DNA from: Eledone cirrhosa
Taxonomy: Eukaryota
Direction of reading: 5' to 3'
Length of the DNA stretch: 64,000 nucleotides
Assembly: GCA_964016885.1 (NCBI GenBank)
Contig: OZ024741.1
Span: 112,406,001-112,470,000 of the forward strand
Of this stretch, positions 53,155 to 64,000 are shown piece after piece. Position numbers and translations under genes: made by a program. Under the pieces are notes generated by a model. It searched no databases. It worked only from the letters and a program-made list of their open reading frames with translations, and was not told the DNA's origin. Within the stretch, counting starts at the first letter, position 1. Each line of letters opens with the position of its first letter.

Positions 53155-53266
53155 ACTTCCGGTCAGAACCCTATAAAACTAACAACTTTAAGTTCTCACT
53201 CTCTCATTTGCCCTTCCGGCGCCTGGCCTTCGCCAGGCGTCTTCTGCCAGCCGCGCTTGCCTGGCA
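53155..53266 (+). promoter_or_regulatory. LTR promoter: ETS-like site, TATA box, Inr-like site, R-region hairpins
   Basis: ACTTCCGG 53155-53162, TATAAAA 53172-53178, TCATTT 53204-53209, hairpin 53218-53241; conserved in all three LTRs. Confidence 0.5.
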
Positions 53267-53411
53267 ATCAAAACGGTAACTACTAACTTTGCTTCATTCT
53301 TTCGTTTATTCATTGACATGTCAACTATACTGTTAAATTGTTGATTAAACATTATACACACAAACCATGTCTCCTTGTTACATTCATACACCGCTAGTAA
53401 GCTCGCTATAT

Positions 53412-53443
53412 TGCTGACCCTGACGTGATACGAACACGCAGCC
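53412..53443 (+). other. tRNA-Trp-like primer binding site, extended
   Basis: TGCTGACCCTGACGTGATACGAACACGCAGCC versus the recalled tRNA-Trp complement TGGTGACCCCGACGTGATTTGAACACGCAACC; mirror at 54183-54214. Confidence 0.7.
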
Positions 53444-55727
53444 GTTCATTGTTATAAGTGGTCACCCCGAAAAAAGAAAAAATAGCAGAATCTGGTGTTG
53501 TGTGAGTAACATTACGAATACACAGCAAATTTATTGACAAACTATGAAAATACTCAGTCAAAGAAACGTACACAAGCACATGTGAAACTTTCGTGCAGAC
53601 ACTCTTTTTCCCTCACGCATCCACTAACTGTCGCAGTTTGCTGTATATATATATATGTTTCTCCAAGAAACGAACACACCACGCACATGTGAAATTCGCG
53701 TTCAGACAGACTTTTTCTCTCACGCATCAACTAACTGTCGCATTTCACGATATATATATATGTTTCTCGTTTCTTACAACGAACACTTTCAAAACAAACA
53801 AAAAAAGAAATTTGATATTTTTTTTGTTTTGTTTTGAAAGTGTTCGTTGTAAGAAACGAGAAACATATATATATATCGTGAAATGCGACAGTTAGTTGAT
53901 GCGTGAGAGAAAAAGTCTGTCTGAACGCGAATTTCACATGTGCGTGGTGTGTTCGTTTCTTGGAGAAACATATATATATATACAGCAAACTGCGACAGTT
54001 AGTGGTTGCGTGAGGGAAAAAGAGTGTCTGCACGAAAGTTTCACATGTGCGTGTGTACGTTTCTTTGACTGAGTATTTTCATAGTTTGTCAATAAATTTG
54101 CTGTGTATTCGTAATGTTACTCACACAACACCAGATTCTGCTATTTTTTCTTTTTTCGGGGTGACCACTTATAACAATGAACGGCTGCGTGTTCGTATCA
54201 CGTCAGGGTCAGCAATATAGCGAGCTTACTAGCGGTGTATGAATGTAACAAGGAGACATGGTTTGTGTGTATAATGTTTAATCAACAATTTAACAGTATA
54301 GTTGACATGTCAATGAATAAACGAAAGAATGAAGCAAAGTTAGTAGTTACCGTTTTGATTGCCAGGCAAACGCGGCTGGCAGAAGACGCCTGGCGAAGGC
54401 CAGGCGCCGGAAGGGCAAATGAGAGGGTGAGAACTTAAAGTTGTTAGTTTTATAGGGTTCTGACCGGAAGTTACAGAAAGGGTTCTACTTCCTGTCTAGA
54501 TGGTGTTAATCTATTGGGGTTGTGTGTGTGACAACCAGGGAGACAACTCCTGCTACACTCTCTTTCCTTAAAGGACACCAAATAACAAATCAAGGTATTC
54601 TGTCAAAGGCTTTCCTTAGATCAACAAAAGCTAGACACAGAGGCTTAATCATAGCTAAGAACTTCTCTTGTAGTTATCTTACTAAAAAGAATGTATATAT
54701 ATATGCCTTTATGACTATATTTATGCTTACTAATGTCCTATAATTTAACAGTTCTACAAAAGGGGATCAATAAATAGATATCAAACTTGAAACAAATACG
54801 AACTGGATTCAATAGGATGAACAAAGTCCCTTCAGAGTGGTGCCTCAGCATGGCTCCAGTCATAAAATGCAACACATGTTCATAATAATGATGAATGTTA
54901 CTATAAGATGTACAGTCTCAAAAAGCCATAACTGAGCTGAGCTTTGGCTATTGTGGTGCAGAAAGGATGATTGATATATAACTAATTGGATAGGATATTA
55001 ATCATTCACAAGCATGTGAAGGCATGTGGCTAAGTGGTTAGAGTGTTGGACATAAAATGTAGGCTTCAATCCTTGACTAGATGGTGTTTTGTCCTGGAGC
55101 AAGATGCTTCACTTCCTATTCTTCTAGTCCACTCAGCTGAACAAAATATTAGCACCAGCTGTAGCTTGAGGGTAGTCCCTATAATAGATCACCATCCAGT
55201 CCAGAGGGAATTTTTTTCATGATATTACTAAAAGACCCAAGAAACTTTTTATAAGATGTAACCTCATCGAACGCCAGCTAAATCTTGAATGCCAGGTATG
55301 AGCCATGCTCCCCTAAGTTGCATGGTTGTGCAGTTACTATATCGGTGCCAGGCATGTTAAAATATTCCATGTTTGTAGCTCTGAATCTAAAATATTTTTG
55401 CTCAAAGCATCAAACATGATGCTCAGTGTTTGGAAAAAATTGAGAACATCGCGTGTGAGCTGTAACAACAATAATATTCATTAGTAACATTTCTAGGTGT
55501 AGTAGGTACCTCTTTTCTCTGCAGCAAAACAACAACAACAACAACAAAAATCAAAAACAAATATTGTATTGTGTCCCACATAGGGGTTGTAATGAAAAAA
55601 ACTTGCAGAGGAAATGAATCATAATATGAATCATGAGAAGACAGCGCAATAATTTATGTAGTCAGCCATTTTGCCTCTACTTGTATACATACATGCATAC
55701 ATACTAAAACCACACATCACACTTTCG

Positions 55728-55759
<32 letters not shown>

Positions 55760-56495
55760 CTAAGATATTATATATATACGTTTGGGTACGTTGTGTATGC
55801 ATGTATGTATTTGCATTTATTTGTGTGTGGTGTATGCACACAGACATACACACATATAAATACATAAAAGACACCCACATCACTAACCCAACCAATCTAC
55901 CAACCAACCACCAAAAAGCCACCAACCAACCAAAGCAAACCAAACCAATATATTACTATTGTCACTCCACTCTCCATCCATCTAATTGATATTTAGCTGT
56001 CTTCCAGAGGCTTCTGCATCATTTATGATTACCATTTGCTTTGCATTCATTTTTATTCATTGATTTAGTTATATTTTAATGTCTACAGCCCATGGCACTT
56101 AATATATTTGACCGAATACCAAACACGATTCTATTACCGATCAATGATCTATATTGGTCTAAATTCACAATCATTTCCATCATTTTGACTTATTATTGTT
56201 ATTATTTTATTATTTATTTTACCATTTTTATATATTTTTATTTTATTTACCTCTTTTTATCTTCATTATATATTTTTACAGTTCTATAAAAAGATGTTAA
56301 ATTCATTTACTTACTATTTCTGTTGCTGTTGCTGGAGTGTTGTGGAGACCTTGCTATATGTTATACGCTTCCGCATCTGGTTACAAAAATAATATTGATG
56401 ATAATGATTATGATATTGATTTCATTTATTTGCCACAAGGGCATCAGATGAAGGGGAATAATGATAATAATGATGATGATGATGATGATGATGAT

Positions 56496-56706
56496 AATTT
56501 GTTTCTACTTTAGGCACAAGGCCAGCAATTTGAAGGGGAGAGTAAAGTCGATTAAATCGATCCCAGTGCATTACTGGTGCTTAATTTTATCGACCCCGTA
56601 AGGATGAAAGGCAAAGCAGACCTTTGTGGGATTATCTCAGAACGTAAAGTGCCATAACTCTATGCCGTGGAACATGTTGTCCAATGCTCTAGCGATACTG
56701 CCAATT
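56496..56706 (-). mobile_element. SINE family A, longer variant
   Basis: Family match with an extra ~30-bp internal segment. Confidence 0.8.
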
Positions 56707-56729
56707 CACTGACCTAATAATAATAATAA

Positions 56730-57056
56730 TGATATTTCATTTATTGGCCACAAGAGCCGACATATAGGGGACAATACAAAAGACAGGGACAGTAGGGGTT
56801 TACATATACAATGTGTAAACAATATATATAACAATAACAAAATAACAATAAAATATACAACAAGGAAAGTTCGCCAATAGGGGAGATAACCACCCAGGGT
56901 TGACTCAGGTATCCCACCAATCCTGAACCACCTGACGCTTCGAGAGCACCCGAGAAGGGTACCCTTCTCCTCCTCAAATTCACTCACCTACAGGGCATGA
57001 TCACACGGGCCATTCTCGCCACATTCACCCACTTTTCAGCAAAAGTACAAAGACCT
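56730..57056 (-). mobile_element. Probable Tx1/L1-like LINE 3' end
   Basis: Minus strand ..FAEKWVNVARMARV, then a T-rich UTR and AATAAA; inserted in (TAA)n. Confidence 0.45.
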
Positions 57057-57330
57057 AGAAATGGAGATCAACCGCATGTAGAGGATGACCACAAACACTA
57101 TCACTGTGGTAATAGGAACACTAGGATTAATGCGTAAATCATCAGACCTGCACCTTGGTATCTATCCTGCCAGGATCAGAAAATATGTGTCACAGAAGAT
57201 TGGGCTTCTAGAAAGAGGATACATATTCCTAGACCAGCTCTCTCTCTATAATGAAAACTTCTATTGCCCTAGGTTCAAAGCCTGAACCTGGCAACAGAAA
57301 AATAGAACAGAACCAAGTGAAATAACCCAA
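57057..57330 (+). mobile_element. Degenerate R4/Dong-like 3' fragment
   Basis: EINRM..ITVVIGTLG..QKIGLL; ends in (TAA)n. Confidence 0.55.
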
Positions 57331-57737
57331 TAATAATAATAATGACAATGAAATTACAGAGCATTATAGATATTTTCATGGATTTATTTTTATATATATC
57401 AAGACATAGCAACTGTTTTGCTAGATCAGTTTAAAAAAAATTATAATTTATTCATTTATATTATTTTTGGTCATGTAAGTGTTTTGGTTAATTGGATGGA
57501 TTCTAGTTTTAGAGGCTGAGTTTAGAAATTATGTATATTGTTCTGAATTCATTTCATTTTTTAATGTCTTCATGTTTGTGTTGCAAGCTACTTCTATACA
57601 TCTATTTACAGATGTTGAGACACTCTGGCTATTGCTGTATCCAATTTGATTTTTTACTTTGTCTTGTTTGTTTCATTTCTTATTGTCAAAATAGTATGGA
57701 AATTTTATTGGCTAGGCATATGAGTCATCATCATCAT

Positions 57738-57925
57738 CAGCACTAACACTTTAGAGACTGTACTGGATGTATTTTGTTGGGACATCAGCTGTAACGCTTA
57801 AGAGTGTCCTGGATGCATTTTAAAGTGACATCAGCGCTAAAACGTTCCAGGGGGTACTGTGTGTTTTTTATTGTCATGAGTGCTAACACTTAAGAGAGCA
57901 TACTGAGTGTATTTTATTGTGACTC
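57738..57925 (+). repeat. Degenerate ~47-bp tandem repeat, about 4 units
   Basis: CAGCrCTAACACTT.AGAG.GTACTGG.TGTATTTT..GTGACAT. Confidence 0.7.
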
Positions 57926-58743
57926 CATCAGTAGAGAGGTTGTTGTGTTCTGAATAGAGCAATGAGAGGCAGTGTCTGGAGAAAAGGGAAGAATATAGGA
58001 AACAAGGCATCTTTGTTGCACTAAAGACATTCCTTCCAAGAGGAATAAAGTATCCACTTTACTCTAAGCTGCCTCCGTTACATTCATTCATTTATAAAGT
58101 GTCAGATTAAAGATCTTAACAGTTTTCAAAACCTCTGTGCCCATGCAGTTATTAAAATCAGTGCAAGCTCTTCACTAATTTAATCAACTATGTCTACTAC
58201 ACACATATATGTTTGGACACATACATTCTGATGGAGTTGTAGGGGTGCTGTAGTGATATATAGAATGCATTAAGCTCTTTTTAAACCTGGTGGAGTTTAT
58301 TCCCTTTCCATGTCTGAATATAGCCAATTTTTTCAAAAGAATGAGAGGATGTTAAAAGAAATATAGAGGATGATTTGATCTCAGTATTGGACTGATACTT
58401 TTCTTTATCAACTCCAACAGAATGAAAGGCAAAGTTGACCTCAGCAAGTTTTGAACTAAGAGCACAGAATAGACTGAACAAATAATGAAAAACATTCTAT
58501 GCAATGTTCTAATGATTCTGCAAATTCATCTCTTTACTGTACATATATCCTATTGTGTTATTGTTAGAAACCAGTACCATAGAGCTCAAAAGAATTATGT
58601 AGCTTAAAACTTCTGATACCAATTTGCTTGAAGCTTCATCTGGTTTTATGATACAAATCTTCTCATGTTCATATCAAAACTAAAACCTTCCATCATAAAT
58701 GTATTTTTCATGCTATGTTACAGGAACCATTATTAGTTGCTAC

Positions 58744-58929
58744 AAGGTGGAGGATTGGCAGTATCGGGAGAGAGTCGGACGCCATGCTTTCCAGCATAGT
58801 TACGGCCCTTTACGGTCTGAGTTCAAATCCCGCCGAGGTTAACTTTGCCTTTCAGCCTTACGGGGTCGATAAAATAAAGTACCAGTAATGTACTGGGTAA
58901 TTGCTGGCCTTGTGCCAAAAGTAGAAAAA
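58744..58929 (+). mobile_element. SINE family A with 15-bp TSD
   Basis: ATTATTAGTTGCTAC at 58729-58743 and 58930-58944. Confidence 0.92.
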
Positions 58930-58999
58930 ATTATTAGTTGCTACTAATCCCTATGGAGAATTAAGTGATAAGAGATCTCCATTCAGCATGGTTACACAC

Positions 59000-59620
59000 C
59001 CTTTCACATATCTGCTCCCAGACCAGGCCCATATCCTTCACACACCTCATCCATGTCCTGACACATTTGTTTCACTGCTGTTTCTCCCTAGCTTCTACTC
59101 AAGAGATGCTCTCATTGATCTGTTTATGAGCATGTGTAACATATAGCCAAACATCTACTGCCTTATGATTTTGGTATCCCATGAGTTACTCAGCCAGGCC
59201 TTTCAAGAACCTCTTCATTTTTGGTATGGTCCTACTAAGAAATACCTAGTGTGGTTCTAAGGAAACATCTTTGTAAGACATCTACATTTTTGTAGATTCC
59301 GCTGGTCTTGTTCCACATGTTGCAAGAACAAGTTGTCATTTGCACTATGATTAATGTATAGTGGTGGAGTTTGGTGCCTTGGTTGATGGAGGAAATGAAC
59401 CATACAGTCTTCAGATTCTCAAAGACAGATGCAGCTTTGCCATGTCTCTTCTTCACATTAGTTGCTGAGTTGCAATTGTTAGTAATGTTATGGATCAGGT
59501 ACATGAAGGTGTGAAGAATCTGAAGCTATACTGGCCGTTGCTGTGCCTTCTCAATAAACATCACTTTTGTCTTTTCATTGTTGATTCTAAGACCAATGTT
59601 TGAAATGCTGTTTCATTAGC
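59000..59620 (-). mobile_element. Highly decayed RTE-like LINE fragment
   Basis: ORF 59235-59504 (VKKRHGKAASVF..LQRCFLRTTLGIS). Confidence 0.55.
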
Positions 59621-62380
59621 ATAAAAGTGGTGCATAAAGTATATGTACCTTCTCCTTTCTTGTTTCTGCTAGTGGTGGATTTCATCATGAAGAAGTCCAT
59701 ATGACCTCAAATTGGAACATGGAAGACTCACAGACCTTGATCTCACTGACAGACACTATTATAATAATGAAAAGGGTTATTTTTGAATCCTTCTTAGTTC
59801 TTGATTTTTTCAAAACTAACTGAAACCTATACACATCTTATGAAATTAAAAATATAGCTCAGAAATAGTTAATGTAGCAGCCCAAAATTCTTTTCATTTC
59901 CATGAAAATAAGAATAAAAGGAGATACTACAAATATCTAAAAATGTATCAAGTGTCTTGCAACAAAGAAACCTAATTGAAAAATGTAGCTATAATGTACT
60001 ATTCTAATATGATAATGGTAATTTTATTTCTCTATTCTCTTTTATATCCATGTTTTCTATACTTAATTGGGTGTGGTGGTGGTGGTGATGTTTAGCCTCA
60101 GGATAGCTCTGATTGAATAAACCACTGATCACAGCCATTCCAGCTGTGAATTTTCTTATTTCTTCAGACAGTGTATGTAAAATTTCATTGTTGAGTGTGT
60201 CCTTCTTTTTTAAGACAGCAGGGTATGATTTGAGGAAAAATTGACTGCTATTTCTAGCAGATTAAAGAGCCATTTAGCGGCTTCTTATTGGTTCGATTTG
60301 GAAGGAACTGTTTTTCTTAGAGCAATTGTATTGCAGCAACACATCCTTTCTAGCTCAAACTCTTTTGATTTGAAATAGTTGTGTAACACTTATTTTATGT
60401 AAGTCATGCAAATTGGAACAAACATAATTATGTTCCATTATCGAGGGCATACTACTGTGTAACTGTAAAGTTTACATCCACAATAATGTTTCCAATAATC
60501 CAACATTTTAACCTTACAGACAAGCATCACACATCATTCACAAGCCTGAATTCTGAGAGTAAAATCCTTTGTTGTTTGCAGAGGTAGTATCCCCCTAAAC
60601 TATTTTCAAGCAGTTCTTAATCTAGCTGCTATATATTTTGAGTCCCCGGTTAGGTTACATAAATAGTGGAATGTTGTCAATTACTAAGAGATACCACTGT
60701 TTGAATAATTGACACAGCCTACTTTATATGTGTTCTTACTGCTTACTGCTGCTCCTGCACATCTACATACAAAGTATATATTTGAAAGTATAATGTATCA
60801 GTTTTAAAGTAGCATGAATTGATAAAGCATAGACATACTTGATTTTGTATCAATTTACAACAATAACAAGAAGCATTTTAAGGCGATTTTCTCTTTTAAA
60901 GCAGGGGTTAGACTAGCAGGCTTCATTGTTAACTTCATACTTAGCATGAAGTCTATTGAAGGTTTCACAGCAAGCTTCATATTATCGTGGAGTCCTTTCT
61001 GTTTTACAACTGGCTGCTTATCCTGGTGCCTATTTCCAAGAATCCAAAATATTAATCTTTATCTCTACTGAGTTCATTTTGTCTTGACACCAGCACAGAC
61101 AGGCTGTTACTTCTATGACACAGCTGAAAGGTCCTCCCAACCCTTTCTTTGTTTGACAGGTTTTCTACAGCTAAATGCCTTCCTTTACACCAACCACTTA
61201 AGCATGCAGATCACCAACACTTGGGAAGTTAGTGTATTTAAAAACAAAACAAAACAACTTATAAAAATAAACAAAAATATAGCAGTCTTTTATTTAAAAA
61301 TTTAGACATTTTTCTAAGAAATTTCAGGTGATAATTAGCAGGCTATGAACATCAGCTGCATTCATAGAATGCTGGCATTTTCACACAGAAATGCTTAAGG
61401 ATATAAAAGCAACACAATGTTTTTATAATCCTTAACAACGAAGCATAATGGATAATATTCAACATAAGAACAATATGATTTTTATTTAAAAAAATTAAAA
61501 TCTATAATATTGAAAGAAGAAATAAAATAAATAAATGACATTTGAAACATTCTTAATATTTTCAATTTGCCTTATGTTACAAATAATGCTAGAAATAACC
61601 AATAAATTGTAGAGCGGATTTAATATTTTGTTTTGTTTTAGATATAACATTTTAAATGAAAAATAAATTGCCATTAGTGAATCTAAATGTTGTCTGTATG
61701 CATTTATGTGGTGTGCATACACACACAGAGACAAACAAACACACACACGCACACACACACACGCATACACACACAGACACACACACACAAATGTATGTGT
61801 ATATACATTGCTAACATAGTACAGGTTCAATCTTACTGGAAGCTTGGGCAATTTTCTTTCCCATTGCCTCAAGTTGACATAAGCCTTCTAAGTGAAAATT
61901 GAGAAACTAAAACAGTGCATTTTATAGGTTGCTTGTTTCAAGGCGAATGTGTTTGAGAGGGAGAATAGAAGGTGAAGGGATGTGGTTAAGCTGGAACAGA
62001 GATGTATGATGGATGTGGTGAGGTGAAACATCTTTTAAACATTTAAGAACTAGCTGTGAAAATACTGATGAAAGTAATAAAATGTTGTTTGGTGCAAATA
62101 TTTTAAAAAATTTTCATCATACTCTCACATTCAGCTTAATAAAATTATTTATCCATGAACTTTGAAGAAAGTGAATTCAACCGAAATATATATGTAGTTG
62201 AAAATATTTCTTTATCTGATTGTAGGTACATACACTCATTAAAAAAATAATTTGCACTAAACAACTTTTATTTAATATTTATTTTTGGCAGTATTTTTTC
62301 ATAATGCTTTTACTTAGTACTTTAATGATTCAAAATATATACACGATTTCACATCAAGAATCTATAACCCATATATATAC

Positions 62381-64000
62381 CCCAGTCTCCCCCACATCGA
62401 CCTAATAGAGGGACCGGCAGTGTTAGTCGAAGGTAGTATAATAAGTAAGGCAATCAAAGATATGAAGATGGGTAAGGCAGCTGGGCCTTCGGAAATAGTT
62501 GCTGAGATACTGAAAGCCTCTGGAATGGTGGGACACACCATGGTCACCCGGATAGTAAACCAAGTCATACAGAATGGGGTTGTTCCGAAGGACTGGCGTA
62601 GCAGCATCATCATTAACTGTTACAAGGGTAAAGGAGATGCCCTAGATAGGAGTAACTATAGAGGCATTAAATTAATCGACCAGGTCATGAAGGTCACGGA
62701 AAAAGTAATAGCGCAACTAATCAGAGAGAGAATTGACCTAGATGAAATGCAGTTCGGTTTTGTATCAGGCAAAAGTACCACAGACGCTCTTTTCATTGTA
62801 CGACAACGACAGGAGAAGTACCTAGCTAAAAGTAAACCCCTATACTTAGCTTTTGTTGACTTGGAGAAACCCTTCGACAGAGTCCCCCGTTCCTTTATCT
62901 GGTGGGCTCTTAGAAAACTAGGTGTTGACGAATGGCTTGTGAGAGCTATAAAAGCCATGTATAAAGAAACAGTCAGCAAGGTTAGAATTAACAACGAATA
63001 TAGTGAAGAGTTTAGTGTAAAAGTTGGTGTTCATCAGGGCTCTGTTCTTAGCCCCCTACTATTTATTATTGCCCTTCAGGCTATAACAGTGGAGTTCAAG
63101 ACCGGCTGCCCATGGGAACTCCTATACACAGATGATCTAACGCTCATAGCTGAATCAATGGCCGAGCTAGAGAAGAAATTCCAAACATGGAAGCACGGCC
63201 TAGAATCAAAAGGCCTTAAAATTAACCTGGCTAAGACTAAAGTTCTAGTTTGTAGGAAAGAAAATAAGGCGCCGGTCCCTTCCAGGAAATGGCCATGCTC
63301 AGTGTGTAGGAAAGGCGTAGGTAGAAACTCCATTTTATGTCCCAAATGCAAAGTATGGGTGCATAAAAGATGTAGTGGGATCACAGGTAAGCTAACTAAG
63401 AACATAGATTTTACATGTGGCCGGTGCTCTGGTGCAATAAGTAGCAGCAAGTGCCCACAAAATACTAGCTCTTTCAATTGCGCAGAGGGTTCTATAGAAA
63501 TAGTGGACAGCTTCCGTTACCTGGGTGACAAAATCAGCAGTGGGGGAGGATGCTCTGAAAGTACAGTAGCTAGAGTCAGAACTGGATGGAAAAAGTTCAG
63601 AGAGCGTATACCACTATTAGCCGCTAAAGGGTTCTCCCTAAAAATGAAAGGCAGGTTGTATGATGCCTGCATACGAACAGCAATGTTGCATGGCAGTGAG
63701 ACCTGGGCATTGTGTGCAGAGGATATACGCAGACTAGAGAGGAACGAAGCTTGCATGCTCCGCTGGATGTGTAATAGTAATATACGTGAACGGCAAAGCA
63801 TAAACGAACTAAGGAAAAAATTAGAAATAAGAGGGATCAGATGTTGTTTACTCGAGAGAAGGCTACGTTGGTATGGTCACGTGATGCGCATGAAAGACGA
63901 CAGCTGTATAACAAAGTGCAGGGCAATAAAGATAGACGGTAGCCACGGAGTAGGCAGACCCAGAAAAACCTGGGACGAGCTGATAAATTCCGACCTCACA
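62381..64000 (+). mobile_element. 5'-truncated RTE LINE; RT frame appears open to the window end
   Basis: KAAGPSEI..NYRGIKL..QFGF..FVDLEKPFD..HQGSVLSP..YTDD..PHD finger..FRYLG..HGSETW..LRWYGHV. Confidence 0.95.

Larger units (their letters stand above)
51868..54557 (-). mobile_element. Non-autonomous Gypsy-like LTR element with three LTRs (middle one inverted)
   Basis: LTRs 51868-52207(-), 53074-53410(+), 54216-54557(-); termini TGTAGC..CGCTATA; CTCT duplicated at 51864-51867 and 54558-54561; PPT and tRNA-Trp-like PBS. Confidence 0.85.
50835..54690 (-). mobile_element. Old RTE LINE fragment split by the LTR element
   Basis: RTE homology over 50835-51867 resumes collinearly at 54558-54690. 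Confidence 0.8.

Noticed and set aside
51868-54557. DIRS-type (tyrosine recombinase) interpretation of the inverted LTRs
   Set aside because: The 4-bp TSD, PPT and tRNA PBS point to an integrase-dependent Gypsy-like origin
55660-55680. YY1-like CAAAATGGCTG on the minus strand as a promoter or start
   Set aside because: Single short motif; the ATG frame stops after 12 codons

Overview
AT-rich, microsatellite-dense eukaryotic DNA. Its repeat families (tRNA-SINEs, RTE LINEs, Penelope-like elements) resemble those of a coleoid cephalopod such as an octopus; this is inference, not verified. No host protein-coding gene can be identified with confidence, and the window reads as intronic or intergenic DNA built from nested mobile elements. 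It holds several RTE-clade LINE families (one with a C4HC3 PHD finger inside the RT, one GC-rich SR2-like), R4/Dong-type and probable Tx1/L1 fragments, and two tRNA-SINE families. It also holds non-autonomous Helitrons, piggyBac-type MITEs, and a near-complete Penelope-like element with several Penelope terminal remnants. Two signals stand out. (1) A 2.7-kb non-coding LTR element at 51868-54557 has three LTRs, the middle one inverted, forming two overlapping palindromes inside a single 4-bp target-site duplication. (2) At least six hammerhead-ribozyme motifs, mostly beside (TA)n tracts, are present; four have CAGAAGA in place of the usual CUGANGA core. Most ORFs in the supplied track are microsatellite read-throughs or antisense shadows of LINEs. 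All alignments and folds were done by eye.
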